A DNA stretch of 64,000 bases, taken from contig OY969811.1 of the NCBI GenBank assembly GCA_963703315.1, forward strand, positions 2,976,001-3,040,000, written 5' to 3'. Every line of letters begins with the position of its first letter. The stretch's first letter is position 1. Below the pieces are notes generated by a model. The model worked only from the letters and a program-made list of their open reading frames with translations, was not told the DNA's origin and did not search any database. The DNA comes from an uncultured cyanobacterium (lineage in GTDB: Bacteria > Cyanobacteriota > Cyanobacteriia > Pseudanabaenales > Pseudanabaenaceae). Below, piece by piece: positions 11,025-20,345 of the stretch. The position numbers and the translations under genes were made by a program.

Positions 11025-11297
11025 CTATGGTCCTGTAAAAATTGCATCTTCAACATCTTGACGGCTGAGGGAGTAGGGAAAAGCCCGTTGGACTTCTTTG
11101 CCACCATAAGCATCTTGAATATAACGGACACGAATATCCTCAACATCCATGATGATTTCCGCTTGCCATAATGGTCGGGTGACGCGCCAAACGTTAGGAT
11201 TGGATTGATCTTGGTCACAACCCTGTGCGTCTAACCATGCTTCGAGTGCTGGCAGAGGGTGATTGTAAAGCGGAGTTGTTGGGGATGGGAGCGCCAT
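11025..11297 (-). CDS. DUF3143-like conserved cyanobacterial protein
   Basis: LPSPTTPLYNHPLPALEAWL...FPYSLSRQDVEDAIF pattern. Confidence 0.8.
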   Translation of the reverse strand: MALPSPTTPLYNHPLPALEAWLDAQGCDQDQSNPNVWRVTRPLWQAEIIMDVEDIRVRYIQDAYGGKEVQRAFPYSLSRQDVEDAIFTGP

Positions 11298-11377
11298 AGG
11301 TGACGATTTTACTGGAAATTTACTAGAAAGATATGTAGATGGCTGCATTTGGATGCAAAAAGATAGCTACGCCATTT

Positions 11378-11851
11378 TTAGTTTTGGTATAAGGAAGTGA
11401 TCGCTTCGGGGAAAAGGCGATCGCCACGCAGCAAGGCAACTAAAACTACGAGAACTAGACAGGCAACTAGCGTACCACCAATTAACAAGAGTGCAAATAG
11501 CTCTCCCCCAGATAAAGGTCTTTCAGTAGGTAAGCCGTCATCATCAATAGTTTGCAGATTTTTAGGAAACTGATTTTGTGATTTTACACTATTGCTAGAG
11601 CCTGTTTTGCTGGTGTAATCAAATCGTGAAAACTGAATACGACGATCATAGGCACTACGGCGATCGGCATTGCTGAGGGTGGCGTATGCTTCGTTAATTT
11701 GCCGAAAATTTTCTACAGCAATATCTTTAGGCAATACGGTAGTATCAGGATGATAAGTTTTGCTGAGATCACGATAGGCACGACGAATTTCGACTTCATT
11801 TGCCCAGGGTGTGACACCGAGAATAGCGTAGTAAGTTTTAGCTTGACTCAT
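11378..11851 (-). CDS. J-domain (DnaJ-like) membrane protein
   Basis: YYAILGV...YHPD...INEAYATLS, plus a C-terminal TM helix. Confidence 0.88.
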   Translation of the reverse strand: MSQAKTYYAILGVTPWANEVEIRRAYRDLSKTYHPDTTVLPKDIAVENFRQINEAYATLSNADRRSAYDRRIQFSRFDYTSKTGSSNSVKSQNQFPKNLQTIDDDGLPTERPLSGGELFALLLIGGTLVACLVLVVLVALLRGDRLFPEAITSLYQN

Positions 11852-11882
11852 CACGATCTTCACTAAGGGTTTTGTATTTTAC

Positions 11883-12017
11883 AAGGAACCAGTTATTTGT
11901 GGCACGGCTTCGCCGTGCTACAAACAACTAGTTCCTTATGAGGAAAACACAACTCATCTAGTTTTTGGCTTTTATATCTTATTTTTATATCTTAACTTTA
12001 CTGGCGGTTGCTATAGT
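11883..12017. repeat. Palindromic intergenic repeat or MITE remnant
   Basis: Hairpin AAGGAAC...GGCACGGC-TTC-GCCGTGCT...GTTCCTT (11883-11937); the end ACTGGCGGTTGCTATAG is the reverse complement of a terminus similar to that at 54482. Confidence 0.6.
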
Positions 12018-12072
12018 TTAGTGATTATTATTTTAGTCTGACACGTTCCATTCTTTGAGTTGTGCTATTTCC

Positions 12073-12975
12073 ATGCCTTGGACTCGCATTATTAGTGCTT
12101 TGTTAGTCATTCCGCTCGTATTAGCGGCGATCGCTATTGGTGGTTGGGCTTTTACCGCAGCTTTTGCGTTGCTGGTAGTTTTTGGGCAGATGGAATATTT
12201 TGCACTGGTGCGGGTCAAGGAGATCGTACCTGCTAGCAAAATCACAATTTTCTTGAGTTTAGCATTACTCATCGTTTCCCAATTGAATGTAAATCTTGCC
12301 GATGCCATGATCCCGATCGCGGGTACATTTATTTGTTTTTATCTGCTATTTCAGTCCCGTATTGCCACGATCGCCGATATTTCAGCATCGATATTAGGGT
12401 TATTTTATGGCGGCTATTTACCGAGCTTTTGGGTGCGGATCAGGGGCATTGGTGATGGGGCAAGTTTTCAAGTCAGCGATCGCTTGATGCAGCTTGATTT
12501 TTTTAGTCATTTACGCAATCTGGAACAACTCCAATTTGCAAGGATTACTTTCCCTGTATCTGATGGTTGTATTTATGTCCTCATGGGTTTTTGTTGTATA
12601 TGGGGATCGGATGTAGGCGCTTATATATTTGGCAAGATTTTTGGACGCACCCGCCTGTCCGATATCAGTCCCAAGAAAACTGTCGAAGGGGCGATCGCAG
12701 GTTTACTGTGCTGTTGTGCAACGGCGATTATTTGGGCATTTAGTCTAGGATGGACGCATTGGGGTGTATCTGGCACAATTTTAGGCTTATTAATTGGGAT
12801 CGCAGGTTTGCTAGGAGATCTCACCGAATCAATGATGAAACGTGATGCTGGGGTCAAGGATTCTGGACAAATTATGCCTGGACATGGGGGCATTCTCGAT
12901 CGCGCTGATAGTTATGTGTTTACTGCCCCATTGGTCTATTACTTTCTGACTTTAATCCTGCCCCTTGTCCGTTAA
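12073..12975 (+). CDS. cdsA: Phosphatidate cytidylyltransferase
   Basis: ISPKKTVEG, GDLTESMMKRDAGVKDSG..PGHGGILDRADS. Confidence 0.95.
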   Translation: MPWTRIISALLVIPLVLAAIAIGGWAFTAAFALLVVFGQMEYFALVRVKEIVPASKITIFLSLALLIVSQLNVNLADAMIPIAGTFICFYLLFQSRIATIADISASILGLFYGGYLPSFWVRIRGIGDGASFQVSDRLMQLDFFSHLRNLEQLQFARITFPVSDGCIYVLMGFCCIWGSDVGAYIFGKIFGRTRLSDISPKKTVEGAIAGLLCCCATAIIWAFSLGWTHWGVSGTILGLLIGIAGLLGDLTESMMKRDAGVKDSGQIMPGHGGILDRADSYVFTAPLVYYFLTLILPLVR

Positions 12976-13013
12976 TTGCGCCATTTGCATAAACCGCATG
13001 ACAAGTTGGATCG

Positions 13014-13056
13014 TTGGTGGCTTTCGTTTGGGTAAATCCCAAACGAAAGCCACCAA
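13014..13056. terminator. Perfect 19-bp-stem hairpin between the convergent cdsA and ileS
   Basis: TTGGTGGCTTTCGTTTGGG-TAAAT-CCCAAACGAAAGCCACCAA. Confidence 0.6.
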
Positions 13057-13115
13057 TGCCAGCAAATAGGTCGATAAATCGTAATTGAGTTACAGCTTAT
13101 GTTAAATGAACTGCT

Positions 13116-16004
13116 CTAGAAAGTACCTGCTAATGCACCAACACAGCGATCGCAAATACGGGGATGCTCAGCCAACTCACCGATATGGGTGGAGTAGTTC
13201 CAGCAACGGGGGCATTTTTCGCCATCGGCTTTGACCACAGCAATCTTGAGGTTCTCGGCTTCACCTGTGAAGTCAGTAGTAGTTAAACTATCGACGATCT
13301 CCGCTTGGGAAACGATGAAAAGATAACGCAACTCTTCACCGAGAGAAGCTAAATAATCCTTTTGGGTTGGATCAGATACAGATAGCAAGACTTTTGCTTC
13401 CAATGGTGCGCCAATAAGTTTACCTGTTCGTGCTGATTCCAAGACTTTATTGACTTCCGATCGCACTTCACGGAGATATTCCCACTTATTTGCCAGTTCA
13501 TGCTTCTGCCATTCATCATGAGCCGTAAACCAACCCGATTGGAAGACTGACTTGGTAGGTGCGGGATAGGGTAAGTGTTGCCAGATATCTTCAGCAGTGT
13601 GAGCTAGTACGGGTGCGATCGCTTTCGTAATCATTTCTAGGCAATACATCAACACCGTTTGGCAACTGCGGCGACGGGCAGCATTTGGCGCACTGATATA
13701 GAGCCGATCTTTGGCAATATCTAGATAGAAGTTAGATAAATCGACTGTGCAGAAGTTTTGGATGGCTTGAAAGAATCGCGAGAACTGGAATTTCTCGTAT
13801 GCTTCGGTGATGTCCTTGGTAACTTCAGAGAGACGATGCAGGATATAGCGATCGCTTTCTGGTAAATCGGCATAGGCAACTGTATCTTTTGTAGGATCGA
13901 AGTCAAAGAGATTACTCAGTAAGAATCTGGCGGTATTACGAATCTTGCGCGATACATCGGACATTTGCGCCAAAATGGTCTTACCGACAGGAACATCACT
14001 GCTATAATCCACACTTGCAGCCCAGAGACGAATCACATCAGCACCGTAGGGAGGTTCTTTTTTCTGGTCTTTACCGCCATTGATCACCACCATCGGATTG
14101 ACAATATTGCCAAGGGATTTACTCATTTTCTGACCCTTCTCATCCAGCAAAAAGCCATGAGTTAGTACCGTCTTATAAGGTGCATAACCATTGGTTGCCA
14201 CGCTGGTCAAGAGGGACGATTGGAACCAGCCACGATGTTGATCGGAGCCTTCTAGATAGATATCCGCAGGATAGTTGAGTTCGTAGGGAACTAGCTCAGA
14301 ATCATGGCTTTCCCCACCAAGTACGGCTGCCCATGAAGAACCAGAGTCAAACCAGACATCCATTGTGTCTGTACCCTTACGGTATTTGCGACCATTATTT
14401 TTGTAGGCTTCAGGAAGCAAATCATCTACTTCTCTTTCCCACCAAATATCAGAGCCATGTTCACGGATTAACTTTTGAATATGCTGAATGGTTTCCTCGG
14501 TAAGCAAAGGCTCATTAGTTTCTTCGTCATAGAACACAGGAATCGGTACACCCCAAGTGCGTTGACGCGAAATACACCAATCTGATCGCTCTTGCACCAT
14601 TGAGGTAATCCGATTCTCACCAACCGCAGGAATCCAGTTAACTTCTTTGATCGATTTTAAAGCTTCCTCACGGAAACCATCAATGGAGGCAAACCATTGC
14701 TCAGTGGCGCGAACAATCACAGGCTTCTTAGTACGCCAATCATAAGGATATTTGTGGTTATAGGCTTCTTCTTTAATCAGGGTTCCATTAGCAGTCAAAA
14801 TTTCGACAACTTTGGCATTACCTTCTTTGAGAACGCTCAAACCTGCTAATTCTTCGCCAGCATCTTCATTAAAAATACCGCGATCATCGACAAGCGAGAT
14901 CATGCCCAGATGATATTTTCTGCCCACTACAAAGTCATCTTGACCATGATTAGGAGCCGTGTGGACTAAGCCAGTTCCAGATTCGGCGGTAACATGATCG
15001 CCCAGCACAATTGGACTAGGGCGATCAACAATTGGATGCTTAGCAATGGTTCCTTCGAGAACATCACCCTTGAATGTGTATTTCACTTCCAAATCTTGCT
15101 CAAAGGTGGCGGCTAGCTTCTCAACTAGTTCTGTGGCGACGATATAGTTCTTGTCACCAGCAGCAACGATGCTGTAGCTGAGATGAGGATTGGCACTAAT
15201 GCCCAAGTTGGCAGGGATCGTCCAAGGTGTCGTTGTCCAGATCACGGCATGGAGATTTGGCAGATCGGAGATCGCCTTTAACTTCTCGCTAGATTGAGTG
15301 ATAGGAAACGCAACATAGATACTACGCGAAATATGATTTTCAGGATATTCCAATTCCGCTTCCGCAAGTGCCGTATGGGAACTGGGTGACCAGTACACAG
15401 GTTTCAAACCGCGATAGATATAGCCTTTCAAAGCCATTTTAGCGAATACACCAATCTGCGCGGCTTCATATTCAGGCTTGAGGGTGTAGTAGGCGTTTTC
15501 GTAATCACCCCAAACCCCTAAGCGCTTAAAGACCCCCGCCTGTTCCTCAATAGTTTGCAGTGCAAATTCCTTTGCCCTTTGTCGCAACTGTAAAGGCGTA
15601 AGATTAACCCGTTCTTCAGCTTTGATATTTTGCAAGACCTTAAGCTCAATTGGTAAGCCGTGACAGTCCCAACCTAGGACATAGCGGGCTTTGCGACCAC
15701 GCAAAAGTTGATAGCGATTAATAATATCTTTTAACGACTTGCCCAAAGCATGACCCATGTGCAGCGTACCATTGGCGTATGGGGGGCCATCATGGAGCGT
15801 AAAGATATCCCCATTGTTATTGCTGCTCAAGTCTTCGTAAATCCCTTGCTCCTGCCAAAATTTTTGAATCTCTGGTTCACGCGCGATCGCATTTGCCCGC
15901 ATCGAAAAGTTGGTTTGCGGCAAGTTAACGGTGTCTTTATATTGGTTTAAGTCGGCGGAACTATCCGTGAGATTCTCAGATTTGGCTTTAGGAGCAGATG
16001 TCAT
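13116..16004 (-). CDS. ileS: Isoleucine--tRNA ligase
   Basis: DGPPYANG.LHMGH, WTTTPWT, WCISRQR, KMSKS, C-terminal CPRCW...CDRC zinc site. Confidence 0.98.
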   Translation of the reverse strand: MTSAPKAKSENLTDSSADLNQYKDTVNLPQTNFSMRANAIAREPEIQKFWQEQGIYEDLSSNNNGDIFTLHDGPPYANGTLHMGHALGKSLKDIINRYQLLRGRKARYVLGWDCHGLPIELKVLQNIKAEERVNLTPLQLRQRAKEFALQTIEEQAGVFKRLGVWGDYENAYYTLKPEYEAAQIGVFAKMALKGYIYRGLKPVYWSPSSHTALAEAELEYPENHISRSIYVAFPITQSSEKLKAISDLPNLHAVIWTTTPWTIPANLGISANPHLSYSIVAAGDKNYIVATELVEKLAATFEQDLEVKYTFKGDVLEGTIAKHPIVDRPSPIVLGDHVTAESGTGLVHTAPNHGQDDFVVGRKYHLGMISLVDDRGIFNEDAGEELAGLSVLKEGNAKVVEILTANGTLIKEEAYNHKYPYDWRTKKPVIVRATEQWFASIDGFREEALKSIKEVNWIPAVGENRITSMVQERSDWCISRQRTWGVPIPVFYDEETNEPLLTEETIQHIQKLIREHGSDIWWEREVDDLLPEAYKNNGRKYRKGTDTMDVWFDSGSSWAAVLGGESHDSELVPYELNYPADIYLEGSDQHRGWFQSSLLTSVATNGYAPYKTVLTHGFLLDEKGQKMSKSLGNIVNPMVVINGGKDQKKEPPYGADVIRLWAASVDYSSDVPVGKTILAQMSDVSRKIRNTARFLLSNLFDFDPTKDTVAYADLPESDRYILHRLSEVTKDITEAYEKFQFSRFFQAIQNFCTVDLSNFYLDIAKDRLYISAPNAARRRSCQTVLMYCLEMITKAIAPVLAHTAEDIWQHLPYPAPTKSVFQSGWFTAHDEWQKHELANKWEYLREVRSEVNKVLESARTGKLIGAPLEAKVLLSVSDPTQKDYLASLGEELRYLFIVSQAEIVDSLTTTDFTGEAENLKIAVVKADGEKCPRCWNYSTHIGELAEHPRICDRCVGALAGTF

Positions 16005-16123
16005 ATTTTTATGTTGATATTTAAGCTATTTATATAGAGCAGGGCGATCGCTATTATAGTTAAAACATGGAGATCAATGCTTAGCATAGATAGAAATACT
16101 GTCAAAAATACTGGTTGCGTCCT

Positions 16124-16735
16124 ATGGCACTCAAAATCGGTAAATTAGAAATTGGGTTACGTTTGCTCATTTCCCTAGCCGCGATCGCGATCGCCTATGG
16201 ATATTTAGGAAGTAGCATCTGCACATTATTGCGTTCTGGTGATTACCTAACCTCAGGCTTATTATTCTTGCTAGGTGTGACCAGTATATTTGCCATACCC
16301 CAAAGTCTCGGAGGACTGTTAGCGGCGATCGCCTCAGTACTGATTGTCTATTGGCAAGTCAGCCTCAACTCTAGTCTAATTACGACAGGTGTTTGTATAG
16401 GGCTTTATTTGCTAAGTTTCCAAGACCTGCGTTACGATCCTGAGCCAGATAAAAAACTATCCATAACCGAGATTATCGCTACATTAATTACTCTCGCCTT
16501 CACAGTCACAACCACCCTGATCATTTTGAAGTACCCAGTTCATTGGTCAGCTAGCATCACCATCGGGGCGATCGCAGGGGCAATTACTCTTATTGGTAAA
16601 CAACTAAGCTATATAGATTTGTCTGAAAAAGTAATTTGGCGATCGCTGGGTATAGTAAGCGGAACTGGTTTGGTGACTGGATTTGTCATTAGAGCTATTT
16701 TATATGCCACAAGCAAGCCCGTATATCTCTTTTAA
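16124..16735 (+). CDS. Hypothetical multi-pass membrane protein
   Basis: About 200 aa, several hydrophobic helices; no family recognised. Confidence 0.7.
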   Translation: MALKIGKLEIGLRLLISLAAIAIAYGYLGSSICTLLRSGDYLTSGLLFLLGVTSIFAIPQSLGGLLAAIASVLIVYWQVSLNSSLITTGVCIGLYLLSFQDLRYDPEPDKKLSITEIIATLITLAFTVTTTLIILKYPVHWSASITIGAIAGAITLIGKQLSYIDLSEKVIWRSLGIVSGTGLVTGFVIRAILYATSKPVYLF

Positions 16736-16841
16736 ATTCTATTATTTAATCCCTTAGCGTAAATTCCCCAACGCTCTGCGGCGAGATAGTTAATTCAACC
16801 ATAAAATTCAACCATAAATGGACATTGCCTAAATTACAAAT

Positions 16842-18023
16842 ATGACTATGACGTTATCTACGGTAAAACAGATTTTTTTACAAATAGTCTTGTATTTTTT
16901 TGTCCCTTTAGGAATTTATTTCTGTTCCCATCTTGTGCATCCAGATTGGTATAAACACTTTGTTTATCAGGCTTGGGGATTTCTGCAAGGAAGACTTGAT
17001 CTATGGAATTTACCTAGTTACTACTTGGATCTAATTCACTGGAAAGATAAAGTTTACCTACCGAATCCTCCATTACCTTCAATTTTGCTGATGCCTTTTG
17101 TGGCTATTTGGGGTATCGCCACAGAACAGCTTCGGGTATGTATGCTATTTGGTTCCATAGACGTTTTCTTGGTATGGATATTGCTAGGGCGCATGACTAT
17201 TCAAGGTGCGTTAAGGATTGGGTTAACTATTCTGTATGGATTCGGTACGGTGCATTATAGCGCCAGTATCATCGGCACAATTTGGTTTTATGCCCATGTT
17301 GTTGCCGAATTTGGAATGTTGTTAGCTCTCGTAGAATTTTTTGGAAAACGTCGCTTTGCCTTGATTGGATTTTTCATGGGGCTAGCTTTTTTATCCCGAC
17401 AAGCCACTATTTTGGGTTCTCTGTTTTTCTTGGGATGGCTAATATGGGAACGCCCTGAACGTTGGCTTCAAAAGGGATTAAGTTTTGTCGCAGGTTTTGC
17501 GCCGCCATTTTTATTTCAATCTTGGTTTAACTGGGCGCGGTTTGGAGACCCAATGGAATCGGGATATATGCTGCAAAACTATTATTCATCGGTGCAAGCC
17601 CCTGCCATCCAGAAATATGGCTTGTTTAACATCGCCTATATTCCCAAGCATCTCAAGCTAATTTTTACAGGGATGCCTGATTTTTTACCGCAATTTCCTT
17701 TTGTCCGCCCTAATCCCGAAGGAATGAATATTTGGCTAACTACCCCTGCGTTTTTTGCACTAATTACAGCTAACTGGTTAGATCTGTTCGTGATTTTGGC
17801 AGGGCTATCCGCTTTTTTAATTTCTCTACCAGCAATGATTTATACCGCCACAGGTTGGGTACAGTTTGGCTACCGCTATACTCTCGATTATTTACCCTTT
17901 CTATTTGTGGCGATCGCTAGTGGTTTGCAAAGAATGCCGAAAGTTTTAGCATGGAGCTTAATTATTGCCTCGGTAGTTGTAAATACTTGGGGAGTATATT
18001 GGTCAGTTAAATTAGGATGGTAG
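16842..18023 (+). CDS. Integral membrane protein, putative GT-C-type glycosyltransferase
   Basis: Many TM helices; YLPNPPLPSILLMP, NWARFGDP and QFGYRYTLDYLP patterns typical of polyprenol-phosphate-sugar transferase-like proteins. Confidence 0.55.
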   Translation: MTMTLSTVKQIFLQIVLYFFVPLGIYFCSHLVHPDWYKHFVYQAWGFLQGRLDLWNLPSYYLDLIHWKDKVYLPNPPLPSILLMPFVAIWGIATEQLRVCMLFGSIDVFLVWILLGRMTIQGALRIGLTILYGFGTVHYSASIIGTIWFYAHVVAEFGMLLALVEFFGKRRFALIGFFMGLAFLSRQATILGSLFFLGWLIWERPERWLQKGLSFVAGFAPPFLFQSWFNWARFGDPMESGYMLQNYYSSVQAPAIQKYGLFNIAYIPKHLKLIFTGMPDFLPQFPFVRPNPEGMNIWLTTPAFFALITANWLDLFVILAGLSAFLISLPAMIYTATGWVQFGYRYTLDYLPFLFVAIASGLQRMPKVLAWSLIIASVVVNTWGVYWSVKLGW

Positions 18024-18052
18024 AAGCCTGAGAGAAGATTGCCTCTGTCTAA

Positions 18053-18156
18053 TAAGTAGCTGGGCGCAATTAAATATAAAACCCAAAAAGCTGTGGCGCA
18101 CGCTGTGCGTGCGCCACAGCTTTTTACTCTGGTTTCTAATTATGTCAAGCTACTTA
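18053..18156. mobile_element. ~104-bp MITE with TA-AGTAGCT...AGCTACT-TA ends and a central hairpin
   Basis: Terminal inverted repeats; central TGTGGCGCACGC-TGT-GCGTGCGCCACA; similar inverted copy at 38899-39006. Confidence 0.8.
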
Positions 18157-19584
18157 GTACAACCATTGAGATCTAGTGAAGAGATCTATGCCATATATTG
18201 CGAGACTGGCAAAACTGATCGCAATGATTAAGTAAGAAATAAGAAACTTACCAACAATTTCTTCCAGCATGATGTAGAAGGGTAGAATTAAAGCAATATA
18301 GCGAGTATTAGATAACCAAAAAGACTGAGAAACAATTACAATCCACTGAGCGATGCTCCATGACAATAACCCATAGGATATTCTTTTCCTTTTATGGAGC
18401 ATAGAGATAATATAGAATATGACAACTATTGGTAATATAAAAGTTGAGGCTTGATCAGTGTAGATTGTAATGCTATCTATCCAGTCTCCCTTGACTATAC
18501 TTCCTGTATTGTAAATATACTGTGTTAAAGGATTTACTAATTCTTTATTCCAAATTTTTTTCATAAAGACGTTGTAATAGAAAGGATCATTAAACAACCA
18601 AGCATTAATAGTAAGATAAATTAAAGTCCCCATTGGTATTACTAACGCTTGAATTAGGACATTTTTTCTTGTTTGCCATACTTTATGCTCAATGCAATGA
18701 ACAAGATAAGGAATGACACAGAAAACTCCTAAAGATCGAGTAAGTGCAGCACAAAATCCCGCGATAACTGCAAGAGAATAAGATCTTTTTTCTAAAAAAT
18801 AGAGAAATAAAGCAGTTGATGCTAAAAATATACCCTCCGTGTAAATCATATTGAAGTAGATAGAAATTGGCGTTAGAAAAAAAAGAATCATAATTCTCCA
18901 AACCTTACGATTCTCAAATCCTGATTCTAAAAGAAACATTCCAAATGCAATATGTCCAATTATAGAACCTACATTTGATATCACTAAGCCTGCTAAGTAA
19001 GGATTACCAAAAACAAATGTAAATAAATGAATTAATAGAGGATAGAAAGGCGGAAAAACGATAAATTCTACTCCTTTGCCAGCGCTTTGATAACCATGCT
19101 GTGATAGGAATATATAATGATGAGCATCGTTATAACTAAATCGATTAAGAAAATCTTGCCAACTCATTCCTGGATAAGTCGATATTAATTGATAACTAGT
19201 TATTGCTACTAGAATTATCTGATACAGAATCGCGATCGTAACTAAACCCTTATTACTATAAAAATACTTCTTAACCCCATTTTGATTGCCCGTGAGATTT
19301 TGCAAGATGAGCAACTTACTGCTACAAAATGCCTTAACAATAGTAAATAGTTGGGAAATCAAATATATAGGGTGAATATTTGCATCATATTTGTGGCGAT
19401 CGCTAGCCGCATCGATAAAATTAATTTCAGGAAACCAAAATTTATTTCTTTGTTGATCGGCGGGGACTTTGAGGGCGTGACCTGTAAAAAAGGTATGACA
19501 AACTAGACAAGAGTATTTACGATCACCGTTGATTGTTTTACCATGATCCTGAAATTGGTTACTTTCGCACAGAGGACATTGCAT
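18154..19584 (-). CDS. PIG-V-like membrane mannosyltransferase with an N-terminal CxxC..CxxC zinc ribbon
   Basis: NDAHHYIFLSQHGY, VFPPFYPLL, YTEGIFL, TRSLG, SNTRY; N-terminus MQCPLC...YSCLVC. Confidence 0.7.
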   Translation of the reverse strand: MQCPLCESNQFQDHGKTINGDRKYSCLVCHTFFTGHALKVPADQQRNKFWFPEINFIDAASDRHKYDANIHPIYLISQLFTIVKAFCSSKLLILQNLTGNQNGVKKYFYSNKGLVTIAILYQIILVAITSYQLISTYPGMSWQDFLNRFSYNDAHHYIFLSQHGYQSAGKGVEFIVFPPFYPLLIHLFTFVFGNPYLAGLVISNVGSIIGHIAFGMFLLESGFENRKVWRIMILFFLTPISIYFNMIYTEGIFLASTALFLYFLEKRSYSLAVIAGFCAALTRSLGVFCVIPYLVHCIEHKVWQTRKNVLIQALVIPMGTLIYLTINAWLFNDPFYYNVFMKKIWNKELVNPLTQYIYNTGSIVKGDWIDSITIYTDQASTFILPIVVIFYIISMLHKRKRISYGLLSWSIAQWIVIVSQSFWLSNTRYIALILPFYIMLEEIVGKFLISYLIIAISFASLAIYGIDLFTRSQWLY

Positions 19585-19676
19585 TGCATTTCAGGTTAAT
19601 TTTTCAGGTTAAATTTTCAGACAATCGACAGCATTAATATATTAAGTCTTCCCCTATTTGTAAATGACCTACGACA

Positions 19677-20345
19677 GTGCATAAAAAATTTCTAATTGGT
19701 GTGGTTGTTTTTTTGATTCTATTGAGCGGCTGGATTACTTTTAGCAACGTTGACCAGTTGAATCAGATTCAAGTAATTGTTCACAATGCAGGTTGGTGGG
19801 GTTATCTAATTTTTGTGATTGCCTATGCGATCGCCACTTTACTGATTTTGCCTGTGACCGCATTTAATATTGCAGGTGGAGCGCTTTATGGTGCAGTGAT
19901 GGGGTTATTACTGACAACAATGGGGGCTTTGATATCAGCATTGCTAGCTTTTATTTTGGCGCGATCGCTCAAATTTTCAGTGGCGGATGAGCGATGGGCA
20001 AAGGTAAGCGTAAATTTGGTAGCAGGGGGTGTAGGCTATTCCTTTGCTGCAAGACTATTGCCTGTCATCCCCTATAGCGTAGTTAGCTTGATTGCAGGAT
20101 TAAGTCCGATTAAACGCCGTGATTATTTATTAGGAACTTTACTGGGAACTCCTTTAGGAATTGCTCCCTTTGTGTTTTTAGGAAGTACAGGTGTACAAGT
20201 ACGCGATCGCCATGATCTATTACCTTTATTGGCTAGCAGCATGGGATTGGGATTGCTGATTGTGGCGGGTATATGGTATCAGCAACATCAAAAAACAGTT
20301 CAAGTCGAAGTCATAGAGGATGATTATGCAAAATTTAGAGAATAA
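19677..20345 (+). CDS. TVP38/TMEM64 (DedA/VTT) family membrane protein
   Basis: ILPVTAFNIAGGALYG, ARLLPVIPYSVV, YLLGTLLG. Confidence 0.88.
   Translation: MHKKFLIGVVVFLILLSGWITFSNVDQLNQIQVIVHNAGWWGYLIFVIAYAIATLLILPVTAFNIAGGALYGAVMGLLLTTMGALISALLAFILARSLKFSVADERWAKVSVNLVAGGVGYSFAARLLPVIPYSVVSLIAGLSPIKRRDYLLGTLLGTPLGIAPFVFLGSTGVQVRDRHDLLPLLASSMGLGLLIVAGIWYQQHQKTVQVEVIEDDYAKFRE

Noticed and set aside
16757..16792. Short GC-rich imperfect hairpin resembling an IS200/IS605-type end
   Set aside because: Too short and degenerate, single copy, and no tnpA/tnpB/iscB nearby.
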